Shown here piece by piece: positions 25,501 through 40,500 of a stretch of DNA of 64,000 nucleotides. The position numbers and the translations under genes were made by a program. Source of the DNA: Ascidiella aspersa (Eukaryota); contig OZ004607.1 in assembly GCA_963924565.1 (NCBI GenBank), positions 27,962,001 through 28,026,000 on the forward strand, given 5' to 3'. Each line of letters begins with the position of its first letter. Within the stretch, counting starts at the first letter, position 1. The notes below the pieces were generated by a model. The model had not been told where the DNA came from. It worked only from the letters and a program-made list of their open reading frames with translations, and searched no databases.

Positions 25501-28500
25501 TTGTTGTTGAAACTGGTCCGCCGACAGTGGTGGTTGTTTCATGTCCTGGCATGCTGGTTGTTGAAACTGGTCCGCCAACAGTGGTGGTAGTTTCATGTCC
25601 TGGCATGCTGGTTGTTGAAACTGGTCCGCCAACAGTGGTTGTAGATTCGTGTCCTGGCATGCTGGTTGTTGAAACTGGTCCGCCAACAGTGGTAGTAGTT
25701 TCATGTCCTGGCATACTGGTTGTTGAAACAGGTCCGCCAACAGTGGTTGTTGTTTCGTGTCCTGGCATGCTGGTTGTTCTTCCAATGGTGGTGGTTGTCT
25801 CGTGAGCTCTGGTTGTTGTAGTGGATACTTTGCCTGTGGCAATACGTTGTATTAAAAAGCTATATAGTAAGGATTAAGGAATGCATAATGTCGATCGTAA
25901 TTACCTGTTGGTGTTGTAGTTGAAACCGTTGTCGTTGGAACTTCCTGTTTATAAAATAAAAGAAAAATATAAAAAAAGTAATAACTGACATGCTTGCAAT
26001 CAGAAAATTGACTAACCTTACAAACTGCCAATATCGCGCATCGAGGCTTGTTGTTGAAGCAAATGCACTCGGTGCATTCGTCGGGGCTCCATCGTTCGTC
26101 AGTCATGTGGATACCACCTGCGACGCGGATTGTAAACAAACGATTTATGCTATTTTATGAAATCGTCAAGGATATTTTATAAAATCGTCAAAAGATTCGA
26201 CTTTGATTTAAACCCTAATCTGTTAACCAAAGAAACTCATTTGCCGCTAACTTTAAACCACGTATTTTCTTACCGTTGTTGTCCAGACACGAACACTCGG
26301 AGGCTTCCACGCAAGTTGCTCCATCGAAGAAGGTGTTCTCGCCGCATTCGCAGCACACCTGTTCGCTCGTCACTTCGTTCGAGTAGCATCCAGCACCCAA
26401 CGAGTGGCACACTCGAGTGCGACAAGAGGTGCAGTTGGTTTGGATCATAGGCGGAGTGCACGCTGCAAAGACGGAAATGTTTGGTAAGAAGGGCGAACAT
26501 TTTAATATTGGAGTTCTATTAGCTTTTGTCCGTTTACGGCGGTAATAGTGTGGGACTCGAATCGATAGTTATTTAGTGTAATCATGACATAGAATAAATC
26601 GCATCACAAAGCAGTCAATTAATTTCGGCAGACCCGGTTTATTCGGAAATATGTCATATAAATGTCGTTACAAGTGTTTCAAGTCGCAAGGTTGGGTTAC
26701 AAATTGCCACTGCATTCTTCTTGGCTTTGGTGTTAGACTGCATAGACTATACTAAAATTAAATACAGAAGTTCAATATCGTCACGTTCATAACGAAATTG
26801 CCCAAGTCATATTTTATTGATTTTCAAAGTTTTTGATTCAGTCACTCCTTGTTACCATCACCATCAACAGAAAAAGTGCTTGGGTCATTTTTAGGTCATT
26901 TCCCACTCCTTTGTGCAAAAAAATGGCTTAGGCACTTTTTCTATGGATGGGAAAGCAACAAGGATTGACTGAGGCAAAAACTCTGAAAATCATAAAAAAT
27001 GACTTAGGCAATTTGGTTATGAGCGTGACGATATATTAAAACGGTATTTCGCCTATTGGGGGAGAAGTCTAACGTGGTATCCTTTATCGTTTAACTTGAC
27101 TTAAATTCGAAAAAGTTAATCAAAGCAGCTTTATGAAAATGAAATTAATATTTTTGTAAGCGCACGACTTTTTTTCCAACTGCTAACCTGGAGGTGGCGT
27201 TGTGACTGGGGGAAGTGTGGTCGTGGTTTCGACGCCGCCAATGCTGGTGGTCGTAGTCACCAATCCTGGCGTTGTAGACACCATTCCTGAAGTTGTAGAC
27301 ACCATTCCTGAAGTTGTAGACACCATTCCTAGCGTTGTAGACACCATTCCTGAAGTTGTAGACACCATTCCTGGAGTTGTAGACACCATTCCTGGCGTGG
27401 TGGTCGACACAGTGACTGGTCCGCTGGTTGTGGTAGTAGTCTCCGGGCAGTCGTACTCGTCGCGTCCGTTTACGCAGTCAATGTTTCCATCGCAAAGCCA
27501 TTTAAGCGGAATGCAAGAGGTCTCGTTGCACTGGAACTCGCCGGGACAGTGTTTGTCTGCAGTAGATTTAAATTGAAGTTTGACTGTTTTACCATTGGTT
27601 TTGTTGTTGAATTTAAACTGTAAATCTTTGCTATGGTCGCTGTCATCACAAAATTCAATTGCTTACGATTTTCGCTTTGATTTCGATTTTGAACTTTACT
27701 ACAGTTTTTTGAAGTATTGTTTTCCGAAAATACACGAACATCGCAAAAATCAGTTCAAATAATAGCGCGATATCTTTTGTAACTAAAATTACAATGGATT
27801 TAGTTAAATCGCCACAATGCTGTGTTCGACAAACTTTTTTAAAATGACGATTCATAACCCAAAAATACACCTTTGTTGTTGCCGAGATAAGAAACTGGGC
27901 CCTTTGCAACACCCTGGCTCACTGCCACTACTTACCACATACTGGACAGCATTTTCCCTCCTCGTAGACAAGGTGGAATCCGTCTTCGCAAGCCTCAGCT
28001 GCGCACTGTTGTTGCACGCAATCCACGCTTCCCAGTTCGTTCTTGCAAGTGCAAGTCTCGCATGGGCTCGGTTCCCAAACGGCTCCGATTTCCATGCACC
28101 TGTAACCATGGAAATGCGACCGTATTGTAATCTATACACACAATACATAGGCAGTGTTGTTATGACTTAAGTCACTGTTTTCAAATGACTTGACTTGACT
28201 TAAGTTTTTATTGCTGCATATTGCGTTTGTGCTATTTTTTAAATTAAATTGTGACTCATAATCGGGCGAGTTAACCAATTTTAATAGTTTAAAAGTTTAC
28301 TTTTAAGTCAATGACATGACATAATTATATGAAGTTTTCATACTTTCGCACTTTATTTTATTTTGATTTAAAATTCTACAAATAGCGTTTGAAACAAAAA
28401 CATGCTTTACTAATCAAAATCCGTGATTAGGTTTTACGAATTTATGTTACATAAAAACAAACACTTAATCACATTCCGAACGCTTCGCATCCCATGCAAG

Positions 28501-31500
28501 GAGCATTAGTGGTCGTTGTTTCGTCATTAGGTCCCTTGGTAGTGACTGGAGCCGACGATGTGGCGACAGCGCCGCTGGTGGTGGACTCCGTTGACGTGGT
28601 GGTTGTGGCCTCACCTGGTATACATCTTTATTTGTTTAAAATCATTATTCAAATCCTATATAACTGTATTAGTATGTTATAATGTATAACGGTATATATA
28701 TAAGATTGAGTCAACTTTTAGCAATTAGAAATGTTACATAAATTATGTATCTCATGTTGACTACGCAATATAAACTAGAAACAATGCTTTATTGATTTAT
28801 AAGCCCGTATGCTTGGAACTGATGCACCCGCTTAACCTTTAACTGACCTTGTCTGCAGTAGCAGCAGCCTCCGTCACGTGGTTTGAAGACGAGCGTATCC
28901 CCCACGGCGCAGGTGACCTTGCATTCTTCCTCGCATTGAGCACTGCCATCGACGCACTTACACGTGGTACAGTTGTTGGGGCTCCACACACCTCCGCTCG
29001 GGTATCTATGTTGTACAAAGATTGTCTCACAACCACTAATTAACTAAAGTGACTGTTAATGCAGTACTTGTTCATGGAAAATGACCGGAATATTAAAACA
29101 TAGATAAATATTTTATGTCACTGATTATATTAAGTGATTTTTGGGAAATTTCACAAAATTTTGTGCAAAAAAATTCATAATTCGCAAACTTCTAGAACTG
29201 TTCTGCAAAGAACTTCTTGAAATCGAACAATACTGGGACTTGACAAGGATAACTAAAGACTTAGTCTAATAATCCAGTGCTTGTCAACCGTTTTTCAAAC
29301 AAGACACTTTTACGTTTACTGAAGAATTTCCCTGTCCACGCAATGCCCTGAACTTATAAAAACATACACCCTGTTGTGCTGCAACAAAAACTATTTATCA
29401 ACCGTTATGAAGAACTAGTTGGTACCTCACAATAACGATTGCAAGAGAAATATTTGGTTATTATGTCAAAAATAGAATATAGTATCTTACAAGCTACGTA
29501 CGCTTAAATACATATTGATACCTGTTTTTGATTATGATACCTGATCATATGATTATTGTTATGCGGTATCTTGTACACCCCAGCCCCAGCACACCCGATC
29601 AATGTGACACACACTTTAACAATTCTGGTGCACCCTGGGGACGGGGTGCACAACACCCGGTTGAAAAGCACTGTGATAATTAATCAACTATAAGTATCTG
29701 GATAAGAATAAAATTACAAAGATATAATTGATTTTTGTCTATTACAACGTGTCATGTAATACACGAGTAAGAATAAAACCAATCAAAATAGCGAAAAGTT
29801 GTTATATTAAATGGCTATTTTTTTAAGTGTTACCTTATTCCTTCCGCCACACACGGACAAGTGGCCTTGGTGATACACTTCTGTCCGTCTTGGAAAGTTC
29901 CCTCTGGACAATAACAACCTGGCATGCACTGCTCGTTGCACATCTCGCTCGATGAGCCGCACGTGATGTTGCATCCACAGTAATTGGCCTCCAGAGGAGC
30001 GACGCAAACTGAAAATTACGATGAAAGGGGCTATTAGTGAGAGTTGAACAGGGAAGAATAGGCGGATACTGGCAGTAGAATTATATACTTGCCACAATAG
30101 GCGTTTCAAGAGCAGCAAATTTTGATGCTTACGTGTTTTATTTCACCGAGTTAGTTTGACTTTATACATTTTCTAACACTCGTTTTGGTGTAGGCCATCA
30201 CTCCATGGGAGTGTCAATGTGTTAACCAGATGAAACTTTCTAACGTTTTCAACAAACCCACAACCTTCTTCGTCTCGTTTAGTTTTACCGTCTTACTTAC
30301 CAATTGGGGTTGTGGTTGTTGCAAGGCGCGTGGTTGAAACGACAGGTTTTGTGGTTACACCCGAGCCCTGAAACAAAGAATTGTTAAAATAACCATTCCA
30401 TGTACGTACAAAACATTCAAGTAGTTACAATATATGTGCATGTAGCTTCGGGTTTTCCTAATGTTTTATTCATGTATGTTTTTACGGCAATAAATGTTAT
30501 TAAAAATTAAAATAATTAAGCTAATTATAATACTCAGTGCTGTAAAAAACGTTGAGGAGGACCAAAACATTTAGCATCATATTACAGACTGTAACACCAT
30601 AACGGAACCATAACGGTTGGTAACTCACCATTGTGGTTGTGGTGACACCAGGTGCAGATGATGACGTCACTGCAGCAGATGACGATGTGACTGAGGATGA
30701 CGTGGTTGTTCCTGACGACGGCTGAGTGGTAGTAACTTCATCATACGAAAATATGTGAATACATACAGCCTGGTCATAACCCGACCGCAAAAAATGTCAC
30801 ATCATTTACTAATACATTAGCCATTTTTATGAAAACTGTTTGAACTGGAATAGTATTGTTTAAGTTTAATTTGTATCCATAACATATGAAAGCATATCGA
30901 AGCTAGCGCAACGAAAACACGTATTTTATACCCCTTATTTTATTATTTTACTAAACTTTTTTTTGTTTTTTTGATTGCTGAGATATAAAAGTATATAAGA
31001 TGTACTATATAAGTTTTATACTGAAAAGAAGTGTTTCCGGTACTTATTTCTTGCGAATAACTACCGAAAAAACTTCTTTTTAAAAATGATTATGCCTGAG
31101 AGCAACAGCATACTGACAATATAGGCTTTGTTTTTATTTTTTTTAAATATTTTGTGGTCAGAATGTGAGACTATCCTGCGATGAGATTCGAACTCACGAC
31201 CGCGGCCAACCCGGGATCGTCGATCAACTGAGCAAGGCAGTCTTAGAGTGTTTACAATAATTAGTCAAACCTTCCGATGCGCTGGTAGTGGTGATTCCGG
31301 GTGTTTGGCTGATGCAGTGACAGCAGCCGGAAATGTCCATGCTGAAGGTGCCACCGGCCGCTTCACAAGCGCTCTGCGAGACGCCGCACTGCTTGGCGCA
31401 AGTCACACCCTCGTCGGTACAGTAGCACTCCTCACACGTCACGTCACTGTAGTCGGCAATCTTGGCGGCAAACTAAAAAATCACGAGTGTTTTAAACAAG

Positions 31501-34500
31501 GAAGCAACCAGATTTAGTTTGAACATAATAGACGAATTGTTGAATAGGTAGTCGAGTGATATGGTCCTTACTGTGCTTCTATATAATTAATTAATCTGTG
31601 TTAAATGCGACGCTGCTGTATAAGCGAGATGTTATTCTTGAAACATTTTGGGGTAAATTTCCTTACTTGTATAGCTTCGTATTTGATTAGTACCTTGTTT
31701 CCTTGATAAACGATCGAATTAATAAAACTAATCGTTCTCTGTTGTTTAGCTACAATATTGTGTTCCATAAAGTGTTTTTTCAATAAATTTGGTCTGTCTT
31801 AAAAGGCAAGATGCAAACTTATCAAGCTTGTCGCTAGACAACTAACAGCATCTGGTCGTCGACAAATATCAAGCAAATAAGCTATAAACCGTGCCAAGTT
31901 TGTGTTTGGTCAGGTCATAAAACGGATGTCTTACGTTGTAGTACTTTCCATTGTAGTAGCAGGGGCAGCTTGTTGGCGGAATGCACTCGCCGTTGTGTTC
32001 GATGGTGCCTTCGGGACACTCGCACGCAGGGGTGCAGTCGGGGCCCTCTGGCTCGGGACAGGTAACGTCATTGGCCATGTCGGTACAGGTCAGGGAGCAA
32101 GGACAAGGGTGGAAAACCTTTGAGCCGGTACAGACTGCAAAAAAAAACAAGAAATAAATGAATGCTGTGGCTTACTACAAGGACACGAAATTTCACTTTT
32201 TGAAGTAGCACCATTCAATTGCCTTAAGTCTCACGACCCAAACGTTCAGAAAGCTTGTTTTTTGAAAACTCTGTGTTGAATTTAATATCAGTTTTAAACT
32301 AGCTGTGCACATTACGGTTTGGAAACATTTCACCAAAAAATAATTCAACAGATACTTTCTTGTATAATTAAACAACGTAAGTGTGTCCCAAAAATATTGG
32401 AAACGTAAATATAATTTGTAGACGAAGTATTTGTAATGTTTGTAGTAAACATTTGTGATTTGTATTAGTGAGTAAGGTATATAAGAAAATCTGTCCGATC
32501 TATGGAATTTATTGTTCCCGCCGATGCATATTCAGATGTTTGCAAACCTTGGCTAACCGCTGTTTACGCTTTACAGCATCAACCACTGTCTCACATATTG
32601 TACAAAGGATGCCTTCAGAAAGAATTACCGAAATCACTCGGCCTGGACAGGATTATAGTGCAAGCAATACCAGGCTAGCAAAACAAATAGCATGTGGTGG
32701 GGTTCGAGCTCACAACCTCGGTCAAACCAACAACAAACCTTGAGGTGCTGTTGTTGTGGAAACAGATGCAATCGAGGTCGTCTTCGGTTGGGAAGCACTG
32801 GTCGTCACAACTGGTTCGCTCGACATTCCTGTGGTGGATTGCGAAGCAGGTGCAGTGGTGGTTTGTGCCTCGCAATCAGGGTAAACTCCGCATCTGCCGT
32901 TGGCCCTGTCCATGCCTGGGTCGGGACATGAACATTCCTGCAATATAGAAATGTAAAAGAATGGGGGGGAAATTTCGCGTTTGCGACTAAATGTCCACGC
33001 TACTGTACACCGCTAAAAACGCGCGTAAAATATAACATGTTGTTGCGGCGCGAATCGGCTAAAAGCCAAACGATAATCCCAGGGTTGTCGGCGGACAGCC
33101 TGTGTGAAAATAAACGTTTTTGCGCCAAGAAGTTATCAGTCACTACAGTTTGGCGCAAATGTGATGCGATAATTAAATTTGTGACAACCAATCGAAATTT
33201 AAGAAGTTTTGTGTGCACATTACTTAGTGGTGTCAGTTGGTGCTCAACAAACTATTTCCTATCGTTTGCAGGTTTATGAGATTTCAGTGCCAACTAACAA
33301 GCCACTGAACAGCGTTTGTTTCGATAAAACTAATCGTAATTAGTCGGCACCCAACAATTAGATTACAATCAACACATTTACTACTGGAAAAGGCGATAGC
33401 TTGTGTTGTCGGTTTTTAACGGCTAAGCGGGAGGTTATACTGAAAAGGTTAACAAAGTCTTGTAGTTTATCACTGTCCGAGTTGCAGATGTTATAACTTA
33501 CATCGACGCTACAGCCCCACATTGGAAGACAGTCACCGGCGTCCTGGCAGCCCATGGTACAGTTGCACTCATCGGCGCACGGCGTTGGCGGGATGGTGAT
33601 GGTCACCATAGCTGTGGTGGTTACTGGTCCGTTTGTCGGTGTTGTCGCTGTTCCGTTGGTCACAGCTGTGATAAAAGATCAAGTTGGTCAACATTTATCA
33701 AACGGATAACGATTAGTTATAGTTATCAATGTGTATAGTTATAGTTATTAATGTATATTGGGAAAAAATTGAACATATTTTCGCCGATTTGTTTTGACAA
33801 TTTCGAATAAGTAATTGTTTTAACAGTGATCGTTGTTATAAAAAGCAGTCAAAAGAAAACGCATATTCCTTTCAAAGCAAACTCCTAATAAAGCGTAGGC
33901 CTAGGTAAGGTATTACTATGACAGACTGAATTGATATACTATATACATACATATATATATATATGATTGGTTTACACCACTTTCCGAAATAGGCCCGTGT
34001 GAAACGGTAAAACAGCGCATACTTCGTTTAACGCAGTTCGTCACATTCTTGGTTTTACTCGTTGCAATGCGTTTATGTAACGTTTAAAATCCCACTAGTA
34101 CCGGTAGTTTCTTCCGTATATCCGACAGTGGTCCAGTCGGGCAGGCATTGCTTGGACTCGACGAGGAAGGCGCACCGTCCCATGACCTTGTGCGTGCCCT
34201 TGTTGCACGAGCACTTGTACGGACAGTCGGACAAGATCGGACACCTCGACTCGTCGCGGTCGCAACCGTACATGCAGTAGCAGGTCAGGTTGCAAGCTGC
34301 GTAATAAACAGGGTTCAATACGGTTTGCTGTCTAGACGTAAAATAATGGAGAGTTGTAAAATGCTAAAAATGTGACCTAAGGCGGAATTTTCTTGTTGAC
34401 AAAGCAAACAGGTTTAGAGGCACGTAATTTCCCCAACCATCCTCTGGTAAATGTGTTACCAGTTGTGTACCCCGAACCCCAACATTATGCGCTTTTAAAA

Positions 34501-37500
34501 TGGTCTTCTGTTGATTAAGTTTATAGTGAATAACCACAAGCAGTCTAAGTTTTTTGTATATCATTTTTGTTATCATTGGTCTGCGACAAAATAAAGGTAT
34601 AAACGTGGGACAAATGGCGATTGACCGGTGACCACTAGCAATTAATAGGCGCAAACTTGTGTTATTAAGCGAATTTTGAATGGACTGTAAGGCAATATAC
34701 ATGTCGATTTCTTGAAACTTGACATTTTTACGTTTCTTTTTTCTTTTTATTGTTTATGTAACTATACCTTGAGTTGGTTCTTCGGTTGTGGCCATTTCGG
34801 TTGTCATCTCTGGAGTTGTTGTAGGGGGCTCGGTGGTTGACGCTGGTACGCAAGACGGGCAACATTCACCCTCCAACTGCAGCATACAAATATAATAAAC
34901 CTCCCAGTTTGGCTTCCCGATGTTTTATGCAACACTGTCTTATCACCATAGACTTAAAACACAGTTATAATCATCTTTAAACCGGATTTTTTCTATTTTC
35001 TTTGTGTTTGAAGTTTTTCAGCTTAACTACAATATTCTGTGTTTTAATAAGTTGTTTAGGTGTTTTTTAAACTTTGTAGTTCTTTTGGATCGTGAACCGG
35101 AACTATAACGGCTTTTACTCAAAAATCGCGCATCTGCTCAAATCTTAAATACTGATTTGTGGTAGAATTAAGTTCTACGTGTGTTTTTAAACTCGCATAA
35201 TGTATATAAGCATTGGTGTGAAACAAAAACACAACAATGATCCTTTCAAACATATATATACATTATATATATATATCATCTTACCGTTTTCATGACCTCT
35301 CCCACGTTGCATGTTGGCAGGGCACAATCCGGGGTGTGGCACATGATTTTGCCGGTCAAACAGAAGCACATCATACAGGGATCGTTCGGATTGGTAATGT
35401 CGGCATTCGGCTGATACGAAGTGTAATGCGTATTAGAAACAAAACATCTGAAGGCCCATAAAACGAAACAATCGGGTCATATATTCACAATGCGAAAACA
35501 ATTAGACGTAACTAATCCATGAGACAAATAGTGATCTTTCAAGCTTATACAATTATAGCGCTACTTGTACAACAACTGTGATCTATACCTAATGAAGTCA
35601 TTTTTGATTAACTGCACTTACTTCCGTATCATAACACACCAGACGAGCCAGACGCCCTCGACAGACTAACCGAAGGCTAGAAAACCAACTAGCCTATCTT
35701 GCTTGCACAATTGATTCGACTAATTTGGGTATATTAAATATGACAACTCCACAGTTTTTAACTATTATTATTTTCCTTGTTACGCAATTATTGTCATAAC
35801 TACCTCATACATGACGTCATCGACAACACATGGGCAGTTGCTGGGAGGCACGCACGACATGCCGTCGAACACGGTGTTGGGGGGACAGGCGCATCCGGGG
35901 GTGCATTCAGACCCGGCCTTGCAGTCGCTCTGCATGTGTGGGCACTGTCGGTCGCATCCGGGCATGCATTCGTAGAAGATGAACGGCTCTTCACACACTC
36001 TGTGAATGCAAAGGCGATCAATAACGTAGGTACTTAAACAAGGAAGGATAATTTAGTGTGTTTATTGCAATTTACGACATTTACACTTTAGTGTAAAAAT
36101 GTTACTGTTTGTATACAAGGTGACTACGAAAAGACTATTACAGAAATCCGTTGACCTTTTTAGGATTGAACGTAAGTGCAAGCGAGACGAGGCTGAAAAA
36201 ATTTAGTCTGTGGTAGGTAATTTAGAAGACATGCAAGTCAACATATTCTCATGAGATTGCAATTTTAACCCGATTAAATATATTATTTATGTTATAGAAC
36301 TTCTTAAAGTTAATGGTAAAAGGCGCAAGGTTAAATTAAAGATTCGTGGCAATTGCTTCAATAATTCATGTTGCAATCCAACAGTAAAGTTAAAACTTAC
36401 GACCTCAGCCAAACCGACAATACACTTGTTGTTAATAAAACGTTGTTGCAGCATCTGGTTGATTTTTCGTTAAGTCCGTCAGTATTGTTTAAGTTAACAA
36501 GCATTTGAAATTCATAATTCTATTTTTTTTTCTTTCACTCATGACATCATCGATGCATAATAAATCACGCGTTAGTCCTGAAACGTTTAAAAACTGAAAA
36601 ATTTGTATCTTTTATATATTTATTGAAGTTGCTACAAAAACTCGTGTATTGTGTTCCATACGCTAAAACAAATGTAATATTTTATTGCGATATGTAGCAT
36701 ATAGTTGGATTTTAATGCAACCAAAAAAGCGTCGCTTGATTAGCTTCTGTTAAGAGAGGGTCTTACTTGACTGTGGTGACCACAGATGTGGTGGTCGTTT
36801 TCATGGTGGTCAAAGCTGGTTTGCACGTGCAGCAATCGTCGGAGCTTTCGCGAACCATCACCAGATCGTCGGCACATATGCTATCGCAAGGAGTCTGCAT
36901 GCGAAGAGTTACAAAACACAATTTAAATACGTTGTCACTTACAACAACTATCGTGTCTTGTAGGACAGAAATTGTAAGAAATGTCCCATATCTATTGTTC
37001 TGGAAATACCAGAAAATGATTAGTTATAAAACAAGCTTATTCGTTTGTTTCCATGTAATTAAATGTATGCTTTTTGTTTTAGTTTTGTATCCAGATGAGT
37101 TTGTAGATTCCTAAATTACCTCGCAAGTGGCCACTGTAGTTTCAACACCTTTCGGCTTCGTTGTCGTGACGACAGGTGACGTCACCCCAGACGATGACGT
37201 AGTCGAAATGACCACGGCCTCTGTTGTGGTTTTGACGGGGAACACGGTCGTGGTCACAACGCTAGTGCTCTTTGGGGTGGAAGAACCGGTCTGGCCGCCA
37301 GTTGTGCTGCTCGATACGCCCTCGCCATTGGTCGTCGTGAAAGTGGGCGCGGTCGTGCTTCCGCCAATAGGCGTGGACGTGGTGGACGCGCTTGAATGCA
37401 CAAAGCCAGTAGTGGTGGTCTTGCCTTCAGTGACAAGGCTGGTAGTGGTTGTAACTTGACTGCTGCTCGAACTGATTGGAGCAGAGGCGGTCGTTGTGGT

Positions 37501-40500
37501 TGCCTGGCCACTGGGTGTCGTGGTTTGGCCTCCTGTGACGACGCTGCTTGTCGTTGTGCTAACCTCACCCTGACTGGTGCTGCTCGACATTACGGTGGTG
37601 GTCGGGAAGACGCGGGTCGTTGTAGTCATAACAGCTGGACCTGCGATTCATTCGGAAAATTGGAAAACAAAATGCCGCAAATAATAAGCAAGAAGTTGAT
37701 GTCGCTAGTAGGACTTTAACGACACAAAACAAAAAGCATAGATGAGTTACTTCAAAAAACTGGCTACCCGAAAGCAAGTTTGTTTTTGGATTGTACATCA
37801 AAATTGTAATCAAGGTTAAAAAGAGATAAGTTGTAATACAGCCGATTTAAATCGTTTTCAAAATTACTCTCACCTATACATTACAATGCTTCAAGTACAG
37901 CAAGAAACACTAAGAAGAAAAATACAAACAAGACATTTTACTCACCAGACGTCGTAGTTTCCTCAACAGGCGAAGTCGTTGAACTGGACACCGGAGTTTT
38001 TACTGTGGTGGTTACGGAGGACTTCTCAGTGGTCGTCTCTACAGCCGTGGTGGTTTCCGGGCTCGAGTAACATCCGGTCAACTCCAGGCGGATGGCGGGA
38101 CTCACCGTCCAAGTCTTAGGAACGAGTCGAATCGCCTGGAATTGTTTTGTAAATAAGCTTACTTTTTAACTACTATACGGGCGAGTTATCATGACTCTGA
38201 TAGAATGCGAAAATAGGGAAGCATAATAGGGGCAACGAGTTTGGGCTACATCAGTGCAATGAAACTAGTGTAGCCAAATAATGACAGATAAGCGCAAAGT
38301 TGTACTGTGCTTTACGCAATTATTTTACATGTTTGGTATTCACTTAGTCCCGGTGATTAAAATATAGGGTTATGAGGCTGGATTCGCTCCTGATGTGGTG
38401 AAAGCTTACAGTATAAACAGCGGAAATTTTTAAAAACAGTCCCGTTTATCACAGCATTTATTTCACACAGCTGTGGGTATAAACTCAAAAATTGATGTAT
38501 CAATTTCTTATTCCATGGGATCATTTTCACTGTGGGGTCGCAAAGAGATAAAACAGGATTATATTTTTAAACGACGTCATGCACATTTCTCCAATGCTGT
38601 TACAAGCAAATTGATCTCAACGACTTCGTTAAATTATATCTACAAACCTTAGCGACGACGGATTCACTGAAAACCACATCGACCACGTACTCGGCGTCCG
38701 TATTGCCATCGAAGCTCTCCAATGCGCTCCACTCGCGCGTATCGCTGACGTCATCGGTTGTGTACTGGACCGCGAAACTGGTGACGTAGGCCTCGAAGCC
38801 CTCGGGCGTCAAACCGCCGCCAAGCAACACCCCGGTAACGGTGACTGGCACTTCAAAGTCGACTTGCACGAACGGAGCCTGGTCCTCTTCCGAAGGCATC
38901 CAGGACACTTGGTTTGGCGAGGCTGGGTCGAGTCTCGCGTTTTCGCTTGTGTCCTTGTTGCTGGAGACTGAGAGCTGCGGCTGACCGATCTGGTTTTCGG
39001 CGGCGACCTGCACTCCCATCTCCTTGTCGCACGCGGCTGAATAGATGAGAGTATTGATAAAATTCAATGCGTTGAATGTTACTCCTGTAGGCCTCAGGAA
39101 AATAATTTTTGACGAGCATGCACATATGGTATAAAGAGAACAACATGTTGTTTTCCTTCGGCCTTGTGTGCTTTGTTTATCTCTGGAATTTCCTTAAAGT
39201 GCCTGCACGTTAAGGGCTACATGTTGCTGGGAATAGACTGAATTACTGCAAAATTCGAAAAAGAAGGAATAAAAATATGCCGAATTACTTTTGTCAAGAC
39301 CAAGATACAGCCACTATAGCCTTTTCCTTACTTTACCCATACTTTTCTTCCAAAAAAGTGCAACAAAAAACTTCGACCTCAGGAACTTGTTTTACCTTGT
39401 GTTGTTTGTTTTTTTTGTTATTTGTTATTTGTTATTTTTTATTTATTTTTTTATTTTTTATTTATTAGGCAAGGATTTACCTTGTGTTGTTGTGGAAACC
39501 GCGACTGTCTTTGTGGTGGTCACCACGGAGGACTCGGTGGTAGATCCAGGAGTGAGAGGAGTTGTCTTCTTCACTTCAGTCGTCGTCGTCTCAACGACCG
39601 ATCCAGTGGTCGTCACCTCGCCACGCGGTGTCGTGGTCGCTCCGGCCTCTGACGTAGTGGTTCCTTCCGATGACGTCACGGGCGTTGTGGAGACCACCTT
39701 TTCGGTTGTGGTTTCGACCAGGAAAGGAGTGGTGGTGGATGACTCCTCCAGTCCACACCCACGGAATTCGACGCGGAGACTGATCGGACTCGATGTGGCG
39801 TCGCGAAGTGGGAAGACGCGGATCACCTTGACGGTTATTGGCTCCAGGAGGACGTTTTCGTTGATGGCAATATCGTCATAATTTCCTGGGAAGACTACGT
39901 CGACATCTTCCTCGGAGACTACTCCCGGCTCCTTCTCCAGTTCCACGCGCTTGGTGAGGAACTGGGTTGGCTCCGTGTCATCCGGCGAGAACTGGACTTT
40001 GTAGTTCTTCACGTATTCCTCGTTGCCTCCTCCTTGCGTCAGAAGCGACGTGATTTTAACCGGATGCGTGAATTTCACTTCCAAGTACGGACTCTGGTCG
40101 TCGTCAAGGGGCGACCACGATTCGGGTGCAAACTCGTTGTTCCCGGAAATCCGTGCGTTGATGGCGAGTTGATCGGACTTTTCCGATGATGCGCTGATGG
40201 CGTCATCCGGGATAAGATAGCTCTCCATTCCCATAGCTTCATCGCACAGCACTACAAAATCCCAACGCGCATTAATAGAATGTTTATTTCATCTCGGACG
40301 AAAACACACATTTTAAGATTTGAGAAATTAATCGCCAAGTCTGTAAAAAAATATTATTTTGATTTTCTTACCTGATGGTGTTGTGGTAATTTCAGCAGAT
40401 TTGCTGGTCGTTACCACGGTCGTGGTTTCTACTGGCGAACCAGTCGACGTACTCGAAGAAACAACCGATGTCGAAGTGGCTGTTTGTGGCTGGGAAGTCG

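Noticed and set aside
24688-25833. CRISPR-like regular repeats
   Set aside because: No unique spacers; a coding VNTR in a spliced eukaryotic gene
24754-25842. 362-aa Gln/Cys-rich alternative minus-strand frame (QQPACQDMK repeats)
   Set aside because: Shifted frame of a stop-free 54-bp repeat; incompatible with the flanking exon phases
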